The notes: generated from the sequence alone by a model not told the origin. Positions 32,355 through 41,751 are shown, counted from the stretch's first letter. The stretch is DNA of 64,000 nucleotides from Dehalococcoidia bacterium (GCA_965208885.1 CBDBPS010000002.1:1237750-1301749); one strand, 5' to 3'. Made by a program: numbers and translations.

Positions 32355-33267
32355 GGCTGCGGTGCGTCCGTTCCCGCGCAAGCCACGATGGCTGAAGGCG
32401 CGCTTCCCCGCGGGCGAGCGCTTCTCCGAGATCAAGGGACTGCTGCGCGAGCAGGAGCTGCACACCGTCTGCGAGGAGGCGCGCTGCCCGAACATCGGCG
32501 AGTGCTTCAACGCCGGGACCGCCACCTTCATGATCCTCGGCGACATCTGCACGCGCGCCTGCGGCTTCTGCGACGTGACCTCCGGCAAGCCCGTCGGACT
32601 CGACCTGTTGGAGCCATACCGCCTCTCGCAGGCCGTGGAGCGGTTGGGCCTCGACTACGTCGTGATCACGTCGGTGAACCGAGACGACCTGCCGGACGGC
32701 GGGGCGGGCATCTTCGCCGCGTGCATCCGCGCCATCGAGCACCGCATGCCTGGTACCCAGGTTGAGGTGCTGATCCCGGACTTCGAAGGCAACCGGGACG
32801 CCCTCGCGACGGTCGTCGAGGCCGGGCCGGTCGTGCTCAACCACAACACGGAGACCGTGCCGCGGCTGTATCGCCGCGTACGCCCGAAGGCGCGCTACCG
32901 GCGCTCGCTGGAGCTGATTCGCCGCGTCAAGGAGATCGACCCGGCGATGACGACGAAGTCCGGCATCATGGTCGGCCTCGGAGAGACGATGGAGGAGGTA
33001 CGTGCGGTCCTCGACGACCTGCGCGAGCACGGCTGCGACCTGCTCACGGTCGGACAGTACCTGCGGCCCTCGCTGAAGCACCTCCCGATCGAGCGCTTCT
33101 GGCATCCCGACGAGTTCGCGGAGATCGCGGACTACGCTCACGCCATCGGCTTCACCCACGCTGAGTGCGGCCCGCTGGTCCGCAGCTCGTACCACGCCGC
33201 CGAGCAGTCGGAGGCGGCCACGGCTGACGGCCATATCCCCCTCGCACGCGCCGGACGGGCCGGATAG
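32344..33267 (+). CDS. lipA: lipoyl synthase
   Basis: 'CEEARCPNIGEC' and 'CTRACGFC' radical-SAM/auxiliary cluster motifs. It overlaps the lipB end. Confidence 0.9.
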   Translation: MPAEAAVRPFPRKPRWLKARFPAGERFSEIKGLLREQELHTVCEEARCPNIGECFNAGTATFMILGDICTRACGFCDVTSGKPVGLDLLEPYRLSQAVERLGLDYVVITSVNRDDLPDGGAGIFAACIRAIEHRMPGTQVEVLIPDFEGNRDALATVVEAGPVVLNHNTETVPRLYRRVRPKARYRRSLELIRRVKEIDPAMTTKSGIMVGLGETMEEVRAVLDDLREHGCDLLTVGQYLRPSLKHLPIERFWHPDEFAEIADYAHAIGFTHAECGPLVRSSYHAAEQSEAATADGHIPLARAGRAG

Positions 33268-33298
33268 TGCCGGCCACGACGCAGCAAGGATCGACGCC

Positions 33299-36067
33299 AT
33301 GACCACGGAGATACCTCGCACCCCGTCCGCGGCCGTCGACGGCGGGGCCGCCGGCAACGGCGCCGACGAGGCCGCCTCGCGTGCCGCGCTGGAGGCCGAG
33401 TTCGACGCCATCGAGTCCGAGGAGTGGCGGCAGTCCCTCCACGACGTCTTCTACCGGCGCGGGCCCGAGCGCGTCGCGGAGCTGCTCGGGGACCTGCAGA
33501 TCGAGGCGCAGCGCGAGATGGCGCAGCTCCCGGTGACCTCGCGCACCCCGTACGTGAACACGATCCCGATCGAGCGCCAGCCGCCGTTCCCGGGCAACCG
33601 CCAGATCGAGCAGCGCATCAAGAGCTTCGTGCGCTGGAACGCCATGGCGATGGTCGTCGACGCGAACAACCGCCACGAGGGCATCGGCGGACACATCTCG
33701 ACGTACGCCTCGGCGGCGACACTGTACGAGGTGGGGTTCAACCACTTTTTCCGCGGCGCGGACGACCCGAGCGGCGGCGACCTGGTCTACATCCAGGGCC
33801 ACGCCTCCCCGGGCATCTACGCGCGCGCCTACCTCGAGGGGCGGCTCAGCGAGGAGCAGCTCTTCAACTTCCGCCGTGAGCTGGCCGAGGGCGGCGGGCT
33901 GCCGTCGTACCCGCACCCGTGGCTGATGAACCACTTCTGGAAGTTCCCGACCGTCTCGATGGGGCTCTCGCCACTGATGGCGATCTACCAGGCGCGGTTC
34001 ATGCGGTACCTCGTCGACCGCGGGCTGAAGGAGCCGACCGACGCGAAGGTGTGGTGCTTCATCGGCGACGGCGAGACCGACGAGCCCGAGGCGCTGGGCG
34101 CGATCTCGCTGGCGTCGCGCGAGCGGCTCGACAACCTGATCTTCGTCATCAATTGCAACCTGCAGCGCCTGGACGGTCCCGTGCGCGGCAATGGCCAGAT
34201 CATCCAGGAGCTCGAGGCCGTGTTCCGCGGGGCGGGCTGGAACGTCATCAAGGTGCTGTGGGGCGCCGAGTGGGACCGGCTGCTCGCGCAGGACCACGAC
34301 GGCCTGCTCACGAAGCGCATGGGCCAGATCGTCGACGGCGAGTACCAGAAGTACACCGTCGCCGGCGGCGCCTACATCCGCGAGCACTTCTACGGCGACG
34401 ACCCGCGCCTGCTGCGCATGGTCGAGCACATGAGCGACGACGAGCTGTGGTCGATGCGTCTCGGCGGGCACGACCCGGAGAAGGTGCACGCCGCCTACCA
34501 CGCGGCGATCCGCCACGAGGGCGCGCCGACGGTCATCCTCGCCCGCACCATCAAGGGCTACGGCCTGGGCGAGGCGGGCGAGGGCAAGAACATCACGCAC
34601 CAGCAGAAGCAGCTCAACGCGGAGGAGCTGATGCACTTCCGCGACCGCTTCGGCATCCCGCTGAGCGACGAGGAAGTCGGCAGCGCACCGCTCTACAAGC
34701 CCGACGAGGGGAGCGCGGAGGCGCGCTACCTGCAGCAGCGCCGTCGCTCCCTCGGCGGCTTCCTGCCGCTGCGCCGGACCATCTCGTGCGCGGGGATCTC
34801 TCCCGACGAGTCGGTGTACGACGAGTTCTACGAAGGCTCCGGTGGTCGCGAGGTGTCGACCACGCTCGCGTTCGTGCGGCTGCTCTCGCGGCTGCTGCGC
34901 GACGACGTCATCGGTGACCACGTCGTGCCGATCGTGCCCGACGAGGCGCGCACGTTCGGGATGGAGACGCTGTTCCGCCAGGCCGGGATCTACTCGCATG
35001 TCGGGCAGCTCTACGAGCCGGTCGACGCCGACAGCCTCATCTACTACAAGGAGACGACGGACGGGCAGATCCTCGAGGAAGGCATCACCGAGGCGGGCTC
35101 GCTCGCGTCGTTCATCGCCGCGGGTACGGCGCCCGCCGTACACGGCGCGTGCACGCTGCCGTTCTTCATCTTCTACTCGATGTTCGGCTTCCAGCGCGTC
35201 GGCGACCTCGTGTGGGCCGCCGCCGACTCGCGGACGCGGGGCTTCCTCGTCGGCGCGACGGCCGGGCGCACGACGCTGCAGGGCGAGGGGCTCCAGCACC
35301 AGGACGGCCACAGCCACGTGCTCGCCTCGGTGGTCCCGAACCTCGTGAGCTACGACCCGGCGTACGCCTACGAGGTCTCGCTGATCGTGCGCGAGGGCAT
35401 CCGCCGCATGCACGAGCAGCAGGACGCGGTCTTCTACTACCTCACCGTGACCAACGAGGCCTACCCACAGCCGCCGATGCCCGAGGGCGTCGAGGACGGC
35501 GTGATCCGCGGCATCTACCCGCTGCGCGCAGCCCTGCGGGGTATCCCCGCATCCGGAGAGGATGTCGGGGGGCCGCGCGTGCAGCTCTTCGGGAGCGGCG
35601 CGATCCTCAATGAGGTCGTCGCCGCGCAGGAGCTGCTGGCCGAACGCTACGGCGTCGCCGCCGACGTGTGGTCGGTCACGAGCTACAGCGAGCTGCGCCG
35701 AGACGCGCAGGACGCGGACCGCTGGAACATGCTCCACCCCGGCGAGCCGCCTCGCCGCCCGTACCTCTCCGAGGTCACCGCGGACGCCGAGGGGCCGTTC
35801 GTCGCCGCGACCGACTACATGAAGTCGCTGCCGGACGGCGTCGCGAAGTGGCTGCCCGGCCCGCTCCTCTCGCTCGGCACGGACGGGTTCGGCCGCAGCG
35901 AGACGCGCGAGGCGCTGCGCGACTTCTTCGAGGTCGACGCAAAGCACATCACCCTCGCGGCGCTGTACGCGCTGGCCCAGGAAGGCACGGTCGACGCCGA
36001 CGTGCCTGAGCGAGCAATCGCCGATCTCGGCATCGACCCGGAGAAGCTCAACCCGCGGCTCGCCTGA
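33299..36067 (+). CDS. aceE: pyruvate dehydrogenase E1 component, homodimeric (AceE) type
   Basis: A 922-aa ORF with the thiamine-diphosphate motif 'GDGETDEPE...N' and the AceE family sequence. Confidence 0.95.
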   Translation: MTTEIPRTPSAAVDGGAAGNGADEAASRAALEAEFDAIESEEWRQSLHDVFYRRGPERVAELLGDLQIEAQREMAQLPVTSRTPYVNTIPIERQPPFPGNRQIEQRIKSFVRWNAMAMVVDANNRHEGIGGHISTYASAATLYEVGFNHFFRGADDPSGGDLVYIQGHASPGIYARAYLEGRLSEEQLFNFRRELAEGGGLPSYPHPWLMNHFWKFPTVSMGLSPLMAIYQARFMRYLVDRGLKEPTDAKVWCFIGDGETDEPEALGAISLASRERLDNLIFVINCNLQRLDGPVRGNGQIIQELEAVFRGAGWNVIKVLWGAEWDRLLAQDHDGLLTKRMGQIVDGEYQKYTVAGGAYIREHFYGDDPRLLRMVEHMSDDELWSMRLGGHDPEKVHAAYHAAIRHEGAPTVILARTIKGYGLGEAGEGKNITHQQKQLNAEELMHFRDRFGIPLSDEEVGSAPLYKPDEGSAEARYLQQRRRSLGGFLPLRRTISCAGISPDESVYDEFYEGSGGREVSTTLAFVRLLSRLLRDDVIGDHVVPIVPDEARTFGMETLFRQAGIYSHVGQLYEPVDADSLIYYKETTDGQILEEGITEAGSLASFIAAGTAPAVHGACTLPFFIFYSMFGFQRVGDLVWAAADSRTRGFLVGATAGRTTLQGEGLQHQDGHSHVLASVVPNLVSYDPAYAYEVSLIVREGIRRMHEQQDAVFYYLTVTNEAYPQPPMPEGVEDGVIRGIYPLRAALRGIPASGEDVGGPRVQLFGSGAILNEVVAAQELLAERYGVAADVWSVTSYSELRRDAQDADRWNMLHPGEPPRRPYLSEVTADAEGPFVAATDYMKSLPDGVAKWLPGPLLSLGTDGFGRSETREALRDFFEVDAKHITLAALYALAQEGTVDADVPERAIADLGIDPEKLNPRLA

Positions 36068-36099
36068 GCAAGCCCGGCAACGAGGCGGAAGAGGACTGC

Positions 36100-37479
36100 A
36101 TGGCCGACGAATACGCGCTGCCGGACCTCGGCGAAGGTATCGAGGAGGCCGAGGTCATCGGCGTCCTCGTGCACGTCGGCGATGTGGTCGAGGCCGACCA
36201 GCCGCTGATCGAGGTGGAGACCGAGAAGGCCAACCTCGACGTGCCGTCCCCGCACGCCGGGGTCGTCGAGGCGGTGCTGGTGGAGGTCGGCGAGGTAATC
36301 CACGTCGGCCAGGCCATCGTCTCGATCGCGCCGACCAACGGCGCGAGCAGCCCGCCCCCGCCGGCGGCCGTCGAGGCCCCCTCGGCGCCACCCGCAGCCG
36401 AGGGCAACGGCGCGCCTCCATCGGCGCCCGTCGTTCCCGCACCGGCCGCCGCGCCGCCGCAGGTCTCGGCACGCCCTCCCACGTTCACCCCGACGCCCGG
36501 GGCTGCGCCAGCCCTCGAGCCCGAGGGCCGCTCGGTCGCGGCGTCACCGGCGGTGCGGCTGTTCGCGCGTGAGATCGGCGTGCGCATCAGCGACGTGAGC
36601 GGGAGCGGGCCCGGCGGGCGCGTCTCGCTCGACGACGTGAAGGCTCACGCGCGCGCCCTGCTGACGCAGCTCTACGCCTCACCGCCCGCGGCCGCGCCGC
36701 CCGCGCCTGCTGCCCCCGCACCCGCACCCACTTCCGAGGCGGGTGTGCCGCCGCCGGTCGTGCTGCCGGACCTCGCTGCATTCGGGGAGATCGAGCGCGA
36801 GCGGATGTCGCCGACGCGCCGGGCCACGGCACGTAACCTCGCGCAGTCATGGGCGCACAGCCCACACATCACACTCCAGCAGAAGGCCGACGTCACCCAG
36901 CTCGACGCGCTTCGGCGCGAGCGCCGCGACGAGGTCGCGGCGTCGGGCGGCTCGCTCACGATGCTGCCGATCCTGATGCAGGTCGTGGCGCGCGCGCTGG
37001 CCGCGTTTCCGCGCCTCAACGCCTCGATCGACATGGCGACGCAGGAGACGGTGTACCGGCGCTACATCCACGTCGGCGTGGCGACCGACACCGAGCGCGG
37101 CCTCGTCGTCCCCGTCGTGCGCGACGCGGACCAGAAGTCGCTCACCGAGCTGGCCGTCGAGATCCGCGAGCTCGCCGAGAAGGCTCGCGACCGCAAGCTG
37201 TCGATCGACGACATGCGCGGCGGGACGTTCACGATCAGCAACCTCGGCGGGATGGGGACGGGCTTCTTCACCGCCATCCTGCACCCACCGCAGGTCGGCA
37301 TCCTCGCCGTCGGCCGCGCCGAGCGTGAGCCGGTGTGGGTCGACGACGGCTTCCAGCCGCGGCTGCGGATGCCCCTCGGCCTGACCGTCGACCACCGGCT
37401 CATCGACGGCGCCGACGCGGCGCGCGCGCTGAGCTGGATCGTCGGCGCGCTCGAGGAGCCACCGGAACTCGTCGTCTAG
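36100..37479 (+). CDS. dihydrolipoamide acetyltransferase (PDH E2)
   Basis: Lipoyl domain ('VETEKA'), an Ala/Pro-rich linker, an E3-binding region and the catalytic 'DHRLIDGA'. Confidence 0.9.
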   Translation: MADEYALPDLGEGIEEAEVIGVLVHVGDVVEADQPLIEVETEKANLDVPSPHAGVVEAVLVEVGEVIHVGQAIVSIAPTNGASSPPPPAAVEAPSAPPAAEGNGAPPSAPVVPAPAAAPPQVSARPPTFTPTPGAAPALEPEGRSVAASPAVRLFAREIGVRISDVSGSGPGGRVSLDDVKAHARALLTQLYASPPAAAPPAPAAPAPAPTSEAGVPPPVVLPDLAAFGEIERERMSPTRRATARNLAQSWAHSPHITLQQKADVTQLDALRRERRDEVAASGGSLTMLPILMQVVARALAAFPRLNASIDMATQETVYRRYIHVGVATDTERGLVVPVVRDADQKSLTELAVEIRELAEKARDRKLSIDDMRGGTFTISNLGGMGTGFFTAILHPPQVGILAVGRAEREPVWVDDGFQPRLRMPLGLTVDHRLIDGADAARALSWIVGALEEPPELVV

Positions 37480-37529
37480 CGTGCCGACCCCGGAAGCCCG
37501 ATGCTGGATCAGGAGTGGGAGAGACCCTC

Positions 37530-38987
37530 GTGACCACTGATTCTGCAGCGACGCCGGAATCCCAGGCAGGACGCGCCCGCCTGGCCGTCATCGGCGGTGG
37601 CCCCGGCGGCTACCCGGCCGCATTCCTCGCGGCCGACATGGGCATGCAGGTCACGCTCATCGACGAGGAGCCGAACCCCGGTGGGGTGTGCCTGTATCGC
37701 GGCTGCATCCCCTCGAAGGCGCTGCTGCACGTCGCCGCACTGATCGAGGAGGCAGAGCTCGCGAAGGACTGGGGTGTCGCCTTCGGCGAGCCGACTGTCG
37801 ACCTCGCAAAGCTGCGCGGCTTCAAGCAGGGCGTCGTCGACCGCCTGACCGGCGGGCTCGGCCAGCTCTCCGGCCAGCACAAGGTCAACTACGTGCAGGG
37901 GCGCGCGACGTTCCTCGACGCGCACACGCTCAGCGTCGCGCCCGCCGAGGGCAGCGACGCGCCGCCGACCGTGGAGTTTGACTACGCCATCATCGCTACT
38001 GGCTCCTCGCCGACACGCATCCCGGCGCTCGACATCGGCAGCCCGAGGGTGCTCGACTCCACGTCCGCGCTCGAGCTCGAGCGCGTGCCGGAGACGCTGC
38101 TCGTCGTGGGCGGCGGGTACATTGGGCTCGAACTCGGCAGCGTCTACGCCGCGCTCGGCTCGCGTGTCACCGTCGTCGAGATGACGAACGGGCTGCTGCC
38201 CGGCGTCGACCGCGACCTCGTGCGGCAGTTGCAGCGGCGGCTGCGCCGCAGCTTCGACGCGATCCGCCTCGAGACCACCGTGCTCGGCATGGAGGAGACG
38301 GACGACGGCATCCGCGCCCGCATCGCGGGCAACGAGGGCGAGCCCGAGGAGCACGTCTTCGACCAGGTGCTCGTCGCCGTCGGGCGCCGGCCGAACAGCG
38401 CGAACCTCGGCCTCGAACGCACCAGCGTGGAGGTCGACGCGCGGGGGTTCATCGAGGTGGACGCGCAGCGCCGCACGGCCGAGCCGCACATCCTGGCGGT
38501 CGGCGACGTGGCCGGGGAGCCGATGCTCGCCCACAAGGCCTCGCACGAGGCGTCGGTCGCCGTCGAGACCCTCGCCGGTCAGCCCTCGGTGTGGGGCGAG
38601 CGCACGGTGCCGGCGGTGATCTACACCGACCCGGAGATCGCGTGGGCCGGCCTCACCGAGACCGAGGCCACGGACCAGCGCATCGAGGTCGAGGTGTCGA
38701 CGATGCCGTGGGCCGCGTCGGGCCGCGCGACCACCATCGGCCGCAACGACGGCGCGACGAAGCTCGTCCTGGAGCCGCACACGCACCGAGTGCTCGGCGT
38801 CGGAATCGTCGGGAAGGGCGCGGGCGAGCTGATCAGCGAAGCCGTGCTCGCCATCGAGATGGGCGCGGTCGCGCAGGACCTCGAGCTGACGGTCCACCCG
38901 CACCCGACGCTGTCCGAGACGCTGATGCACGCGGCAGCGGCCTTCTACGGACGCAGCCCGGACTACATCGGGCGGCGCAGGCGATAG
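37530..38987 (+). CDS. lpdA: dihydrolipoyl dehydrogenase (E3)
   Basis: 'GGGPGGY', 'GGVCLYRGCIPSK' and the C-terminal 'HAHPTLSE'. GTG start at 37530 follows GGAGTGGGAGAG. Confidence 0.9.
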   Translation: MTTDSAATPESQAGRARLAVIGGGPGGYPAAFLAADMGMQVTLIDEEPNPGGVCLYRGCIPSKALLHVAALIEEAELAKDWGVAFGEPTVDLAKLRGFKQGVVDRLTGGLGQLSGQHKVNYVQGRATFLDAHTLSVAPAEGSDAPPTVEFDYAIIATGSSPTRIPALDIGSPRVLDSTSALELERVPETLLVVGGGYIGLELGSVYAALGSRVTVVEMTNGLLPGVDRDLVRQLQRRLRRSFDAIRLETTVLGMEETDDGIRARIAGNEGEPEEHVFDQVLVAVGRRPNSANLGLERTSVEVDARGFIEVDAQRRTAEPHILAVGDVAGEPMLAHKASHEASVAVETLAGQPSVWGERTVPAVIYTDPEIAWAGLTETEATDQRIEVEVSTMPWAASGRATTIGRNDGATKLVLEPHTHRVLGVGIVGKGAGELISEAVLAIEMGAVAQDLELTVHPHPTLSETLMHAAAAFYGRSPDYIGRRRR

Positions 38988-39015
38988 CGCGCGCACACTG
39001 AAGGGCTGACTCGAT

Positions 39016-39429
39016 ATGGAAGTGGACTTCGCGTTCCTCAGCGACTACGCGGAGGAGTCCGGGGGAAAGCTGCACGCGCTCGGCGTGGGCATCGACCGCA
39101 TCCAGGCGCACTCGGTGCCGACGCGTCACCCGCAGCTGACGATGGTGGCGCAGATCCGCTACTCGGCGGCGGAGGCCGGCAGCCACCGCCTGGAGGTGCG
39201 CGGCTTCGACGCCGACGGACAGGACATCGTCGACAAGGTCGAGGGTGAGCTGCCGTTCCCGACGCTCAGTGGAGGCACCAGCGGCACGGCACGCGTGCTC
39301 GTGAACCTCGTGGGCGTGAACTTCCCGGACTACGGCGACCACTCGTTCCACCTCGTGATCGGCGGGATCGAGGTCAGCCGGGCGTCGGTGCGTGTGGTGG
39401 AGCCGCCCGAGACGAGCGACGACGCATGA
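39016..39429 (+). CDS. hypothetical protein (137 aa)
   Basis: Very high GC3 and a stop/start overlap (ATGA) with the next small gene. Confidence 0.55.
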   Translation: MEVDFAFLSDYAEESGGKLHALGVGIDRIQAHSVPTRHPQLTMVAQIRYSAAEAGSHRLEVRGFDADGQDIVDKVEGELPFPTLSGGTSGTARVLVNLVGVNFPDYGDHSFHLVIGGIEVSRASVRVVEPPETSDDA

Positions 39430-39620
39430 GCGAGATCATCTTTGAGGTAGTAGAGGCGCCGGAAGGTGGTTACACGGCCCGCGCGCTCGGCCACTCGATC
39501 TTCACCGAAGCCGACACCTTCGAGGAGCTTCGATGGATGGCGCGCGATGCCGTCCGCACGCACTTCGACGAAGACGATCCGAACCGCCCCGGGGAGATCG
39601 AACTTCGGTCAGCCAGGTAG
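39426..39620 (+). CDS. HicB-like / UPF0150-type small protein (antitoxin-like fold)
   Basis: The 'IIFEVVEAPEGGYTARALGHSIFTEADTFEELRWMARDAV' pattern resembles HicB_lk_antitox domains. Translationally coupled to 39016..39429. Confidence 0.5.
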   Translation: MSEIIFEVVEAPEGGYTARALGHSIFTEADTFEELRWMARDAVRTHFDEDDPNRPGEIELRSAR

Positions 39621-39625
39621 TCGCG

Positions 39626-41326
39626 CTACGCGTCGAGTTCGTCTGGGAGGCGGAACTCGACGTCCTCCTCCGTCAGCACGATGGGCTCGACCTTCGTCAC
39701 ACCCCGCGCCTTGAGGTCTTCGATGATCGGGTCGAGGAGCTCGTCGGGGACGGACGCGCCCGACGTGAGGCCCACGACTTCGACGCCCTCGTACCAGGCC
39801 GGGTCGACGTCCTCGATGCCGTCGACGAGGTAGGCGGTTGCGCCGGCGTCCTCGGCTACCTCACGGAGCCGCATCGAGTTGCTTGAATTGCGCGAGCCGA
39901 CGACGAGCACGAGGTCCGCCCGCTGCGCGATCGTGCGCGCCGCGTGCTGGCGGTTCGTGGTGGCGTAGCAGATGTCGTTGCGGACCTCGGCGGCCGGGTA
40001 GCGGTCGCGGATCTCGTCGATCACGCCGGCGGTGTCGTCCATCGAGAGCGTGGTCTGCGTCACGACGAAGACCGGGCGCCCGATCTCGCCAAGCGCGGCC
40101 ACCTCGGACGGGTCCTCGACGACGTGCGTCCGCTCGGGCGCCTCGCCGAGCGTGCCGACGGTCTCGTCGTGGCCGCGGTGGCCCACCAGGAGCACGTCGT
40201 AGCCGCGCTTCGCGGCCTGCTTCGTCTCGAGGTGCACCTTCGTCACGAGGGGGCACGTGGAGTCGACGACGCGCAGGTTGCGTCGCTCCGCCTCTTCGAC
40301 CACCGCGGGCGAGACGCCGTGCGCACTGAAGACGACGCGCGAGCCCTCGGGCACCTCGGCGAGGTCGTCGATGAAGACGACGCCGCGCGCCTCGAAGCTC
40401 TCGACGATGTGGCGGTTGTGGACGATCTCGTGGAACGCGTAGATCGGCGGCGACTCGCGCTCGACGATCATCTCGAGCGCCTCGACGGCGCGCACCACGC
40501 CGGCACAGAAGCCGCGCGGGGCGGCTATCAGCAGCGTGTGCGGCGTGACGCCCGTGCGGTGGCGCGACGGCGCGTGCCGGGTCGGAGCGAGCGAGACGGA
40601 GCCATGCCTGAGCGGTGGCGGCGCCACGCGCCGGCCGCGGGGTCGGCCTCGGAGCGCGGTGGCGGACCATGCCGCCCGGCCACCATCGCCCCGATCCTCG
40701 CGATGCGGCATGACGTCGACGCGCGGCGGCAGCATCAGGCTGACGACGCGCAGCGCCGCCGGCGGGATGCGCTGGGCGTGCTTGCCGTAGAGCTCGATGG
40801 CTTCCCGGCGCTTGCGGCAGACGGCCTCGGAGACGCGCGCGTCGGCATCACCAACCACGCCGCGAACCTGCGAGACGGCGCCGAGGATTGGCTCGGTGAG
40901 CAGGTCCATGAGCAGCTCGTCCGTACCCGGCGTCCACCCGGGGTGGGAGATGCGGGGCGGGAGTGCGAGGCTCACGACACGCAACGCCGGTGTGGGGATA
41001 CGCTCGGCCTGCGCTCCGCAGAGCTCGAGGGCTTCCTGGCGCCTGCGGCTGACGGCCTCGGAGACGCGCTCGTCGGCCTCGCGGGCCACCTCGCGCACCT
41101 GCGAGACCACGTCGAGGATCGGCTCGGTGATGACGTCGACGAGCAACTCGTCGCCCGTGCGGGGCGACCAGCCGGGGTGCGTGAGCCGGGGTGGCAGCAT
41201 CAGGTCCACGACGCGCCGCACAACCCCGCGACTCCGGGTCGCGATGGAGTCCAGCCAGGTGCCGCCAGAGGCGTCTTTCGGCATCGACGGAATTCCCCCG
41301 TGCAAGCCTCGCCTGCACGCCGCCAT
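39626..41326 (-). CDS. ispH: 4-hydroxy-3-methylbut-2-enyl diphosphate reductase (IspH/LytB) with an in-frame N-terminal extension of about 250 aa; alternative shorter start ATG 40711
   Basis: The C-terminal 300 aa is canonical IspH ('PRGFCAGVVRA', 'HEIVHN', 'SAHGVSP', 'TCPLVTKVH', 'VVGSRNSSNS'). The frame stays open upstream through the tandem repeat region with GC3 above 90%; no stop separates it from the IspH core. Confidence 0.6.
   Translation of the reverse strand: MAACRRGLHGGIPSMPKDASGGTWLDSIATRSRGVVRRVVDLMLPPRLTHPGWSPRTGDELLVDVITEPILDVVSQVREVAREADERVSEAVSRRRQEALELCGAQAERIPTPALRVVSLALPPRISHPGWTPGTDELLMDLLTEPILGAVSQVRGVVGDADARVSEAVCRKRREAIELYGKHAQRIPPAALRVVSLMLPPRVDVMPHREDRGDGGRAAWSATALRGRPRGRRVAPPPLRHGSVSLAPTRHAPSRHRTGVTPHTLLIAAPRGFCAGVVRAVEALEMIVERESPPIYAFHEIVHNRHIVESFEARGVVFIDDLAEVPEGSRVVFSAHGVSPAVVEEAERRNLRVVDSTCPLVTKVHLETKQAAKRGYDVLLVGHRGHDETVGTLGEAPERTHVVEDPSEVAALGEIGRPVFVVTQTTLSMDDTAGVIDEIRDRYPAAEVRNDICYATTNRQHAARTIAQRADLVLVVGSRNSSNSMRLREVAEDAGATAYLVDGIEDVDPAWYEGVEVVGLTSGASVPDELLDPIIEDLKARGVTKVEPIVLTEEDVEFRLPDELDA
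40741..41230 (-). repeat. diverged tandem duplication (2 x about 234 bp, roughly 75% nt identity) inside the N-terminal extension of the ispH reading frame; each copy encodes an LPPR(L/I)(T/S)HPGW...TEPIL...VSQVR...RVSEAV...RIP...ALRVVSL motif
   Basis: Self-alignment of 40741-40975 against 40975-41230. Confidence 0.8.
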
Positions 41327-41370
41327 TTGTCCAGCGTCGAGCGCGAATATTTCCGATCACGAACGGCATC

Positions 41371-41700
41371 CGGCCCCTCGCCCCGCCGTCGGGGGCGAGG
41401 GGATCAGATCTGGACCCCGCAGGGCCCGCTGGGGGCGAGGGGAGCCGATCCGTCCCCCTCTCCCTGTATGGCTGGGTCGGCGAGCCGAGGGCGCGCCCTC
41501 GGCTCGCCTCGATGCGGGGATACCCCGCTGGCCCCGCCGGGGGCGAGGGAAGCCGATCTGTCCCCCTCTCCCCTTGTGGGAGAGGGCTGGGGTGAGGGGT
41601 TCCGGCGGCTGGCGCTCTTCGCGTGGCGCCCCCCTCACCCTAACCCTCTCCCCCCAGGAGGGGGGCGAGGGGATCAGATCGGGCGCCGGGGGCCGAGCCT
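41371..41700. repeat. tandem cluster of at least five GC-rich palindromic repeat units (GGGGGCGAGGG(G/A)(A/G)(T/G)C(A/C)GATC with CCCCTC(A/G)CCC / CCCTCTCCCC arms) in the ispH / RM-enzyme divergent intergenic region
   Basis: Copies at 41371-41414, 41417-41480, 41517-41600, 41630-41700 and partial arms between them. Confidence 0.85.
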
Positions 41701-41751
41701 GTGTCCCAACGGACGCAGTCCATTACGATCGCGCTGAAGCGAGGAGCGCCC

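Noticed and set aside
33152-35947. 931-aa minus-strand ORF
   Set aside because: It is antisense to aceE (PDH E1), which has a full-length family match. The minus product is low-complexity.
41371-41700. Possible CRISPR array, considered because of regularly recurring GC-rich repeats
   Set aside because: The repeats are imperfect, internally palindromic and present in both orientations, with irregular spacing of 10-60 nt and no unique spacers. No cas genes are nearby, and the same element occurs singly at four other loci.
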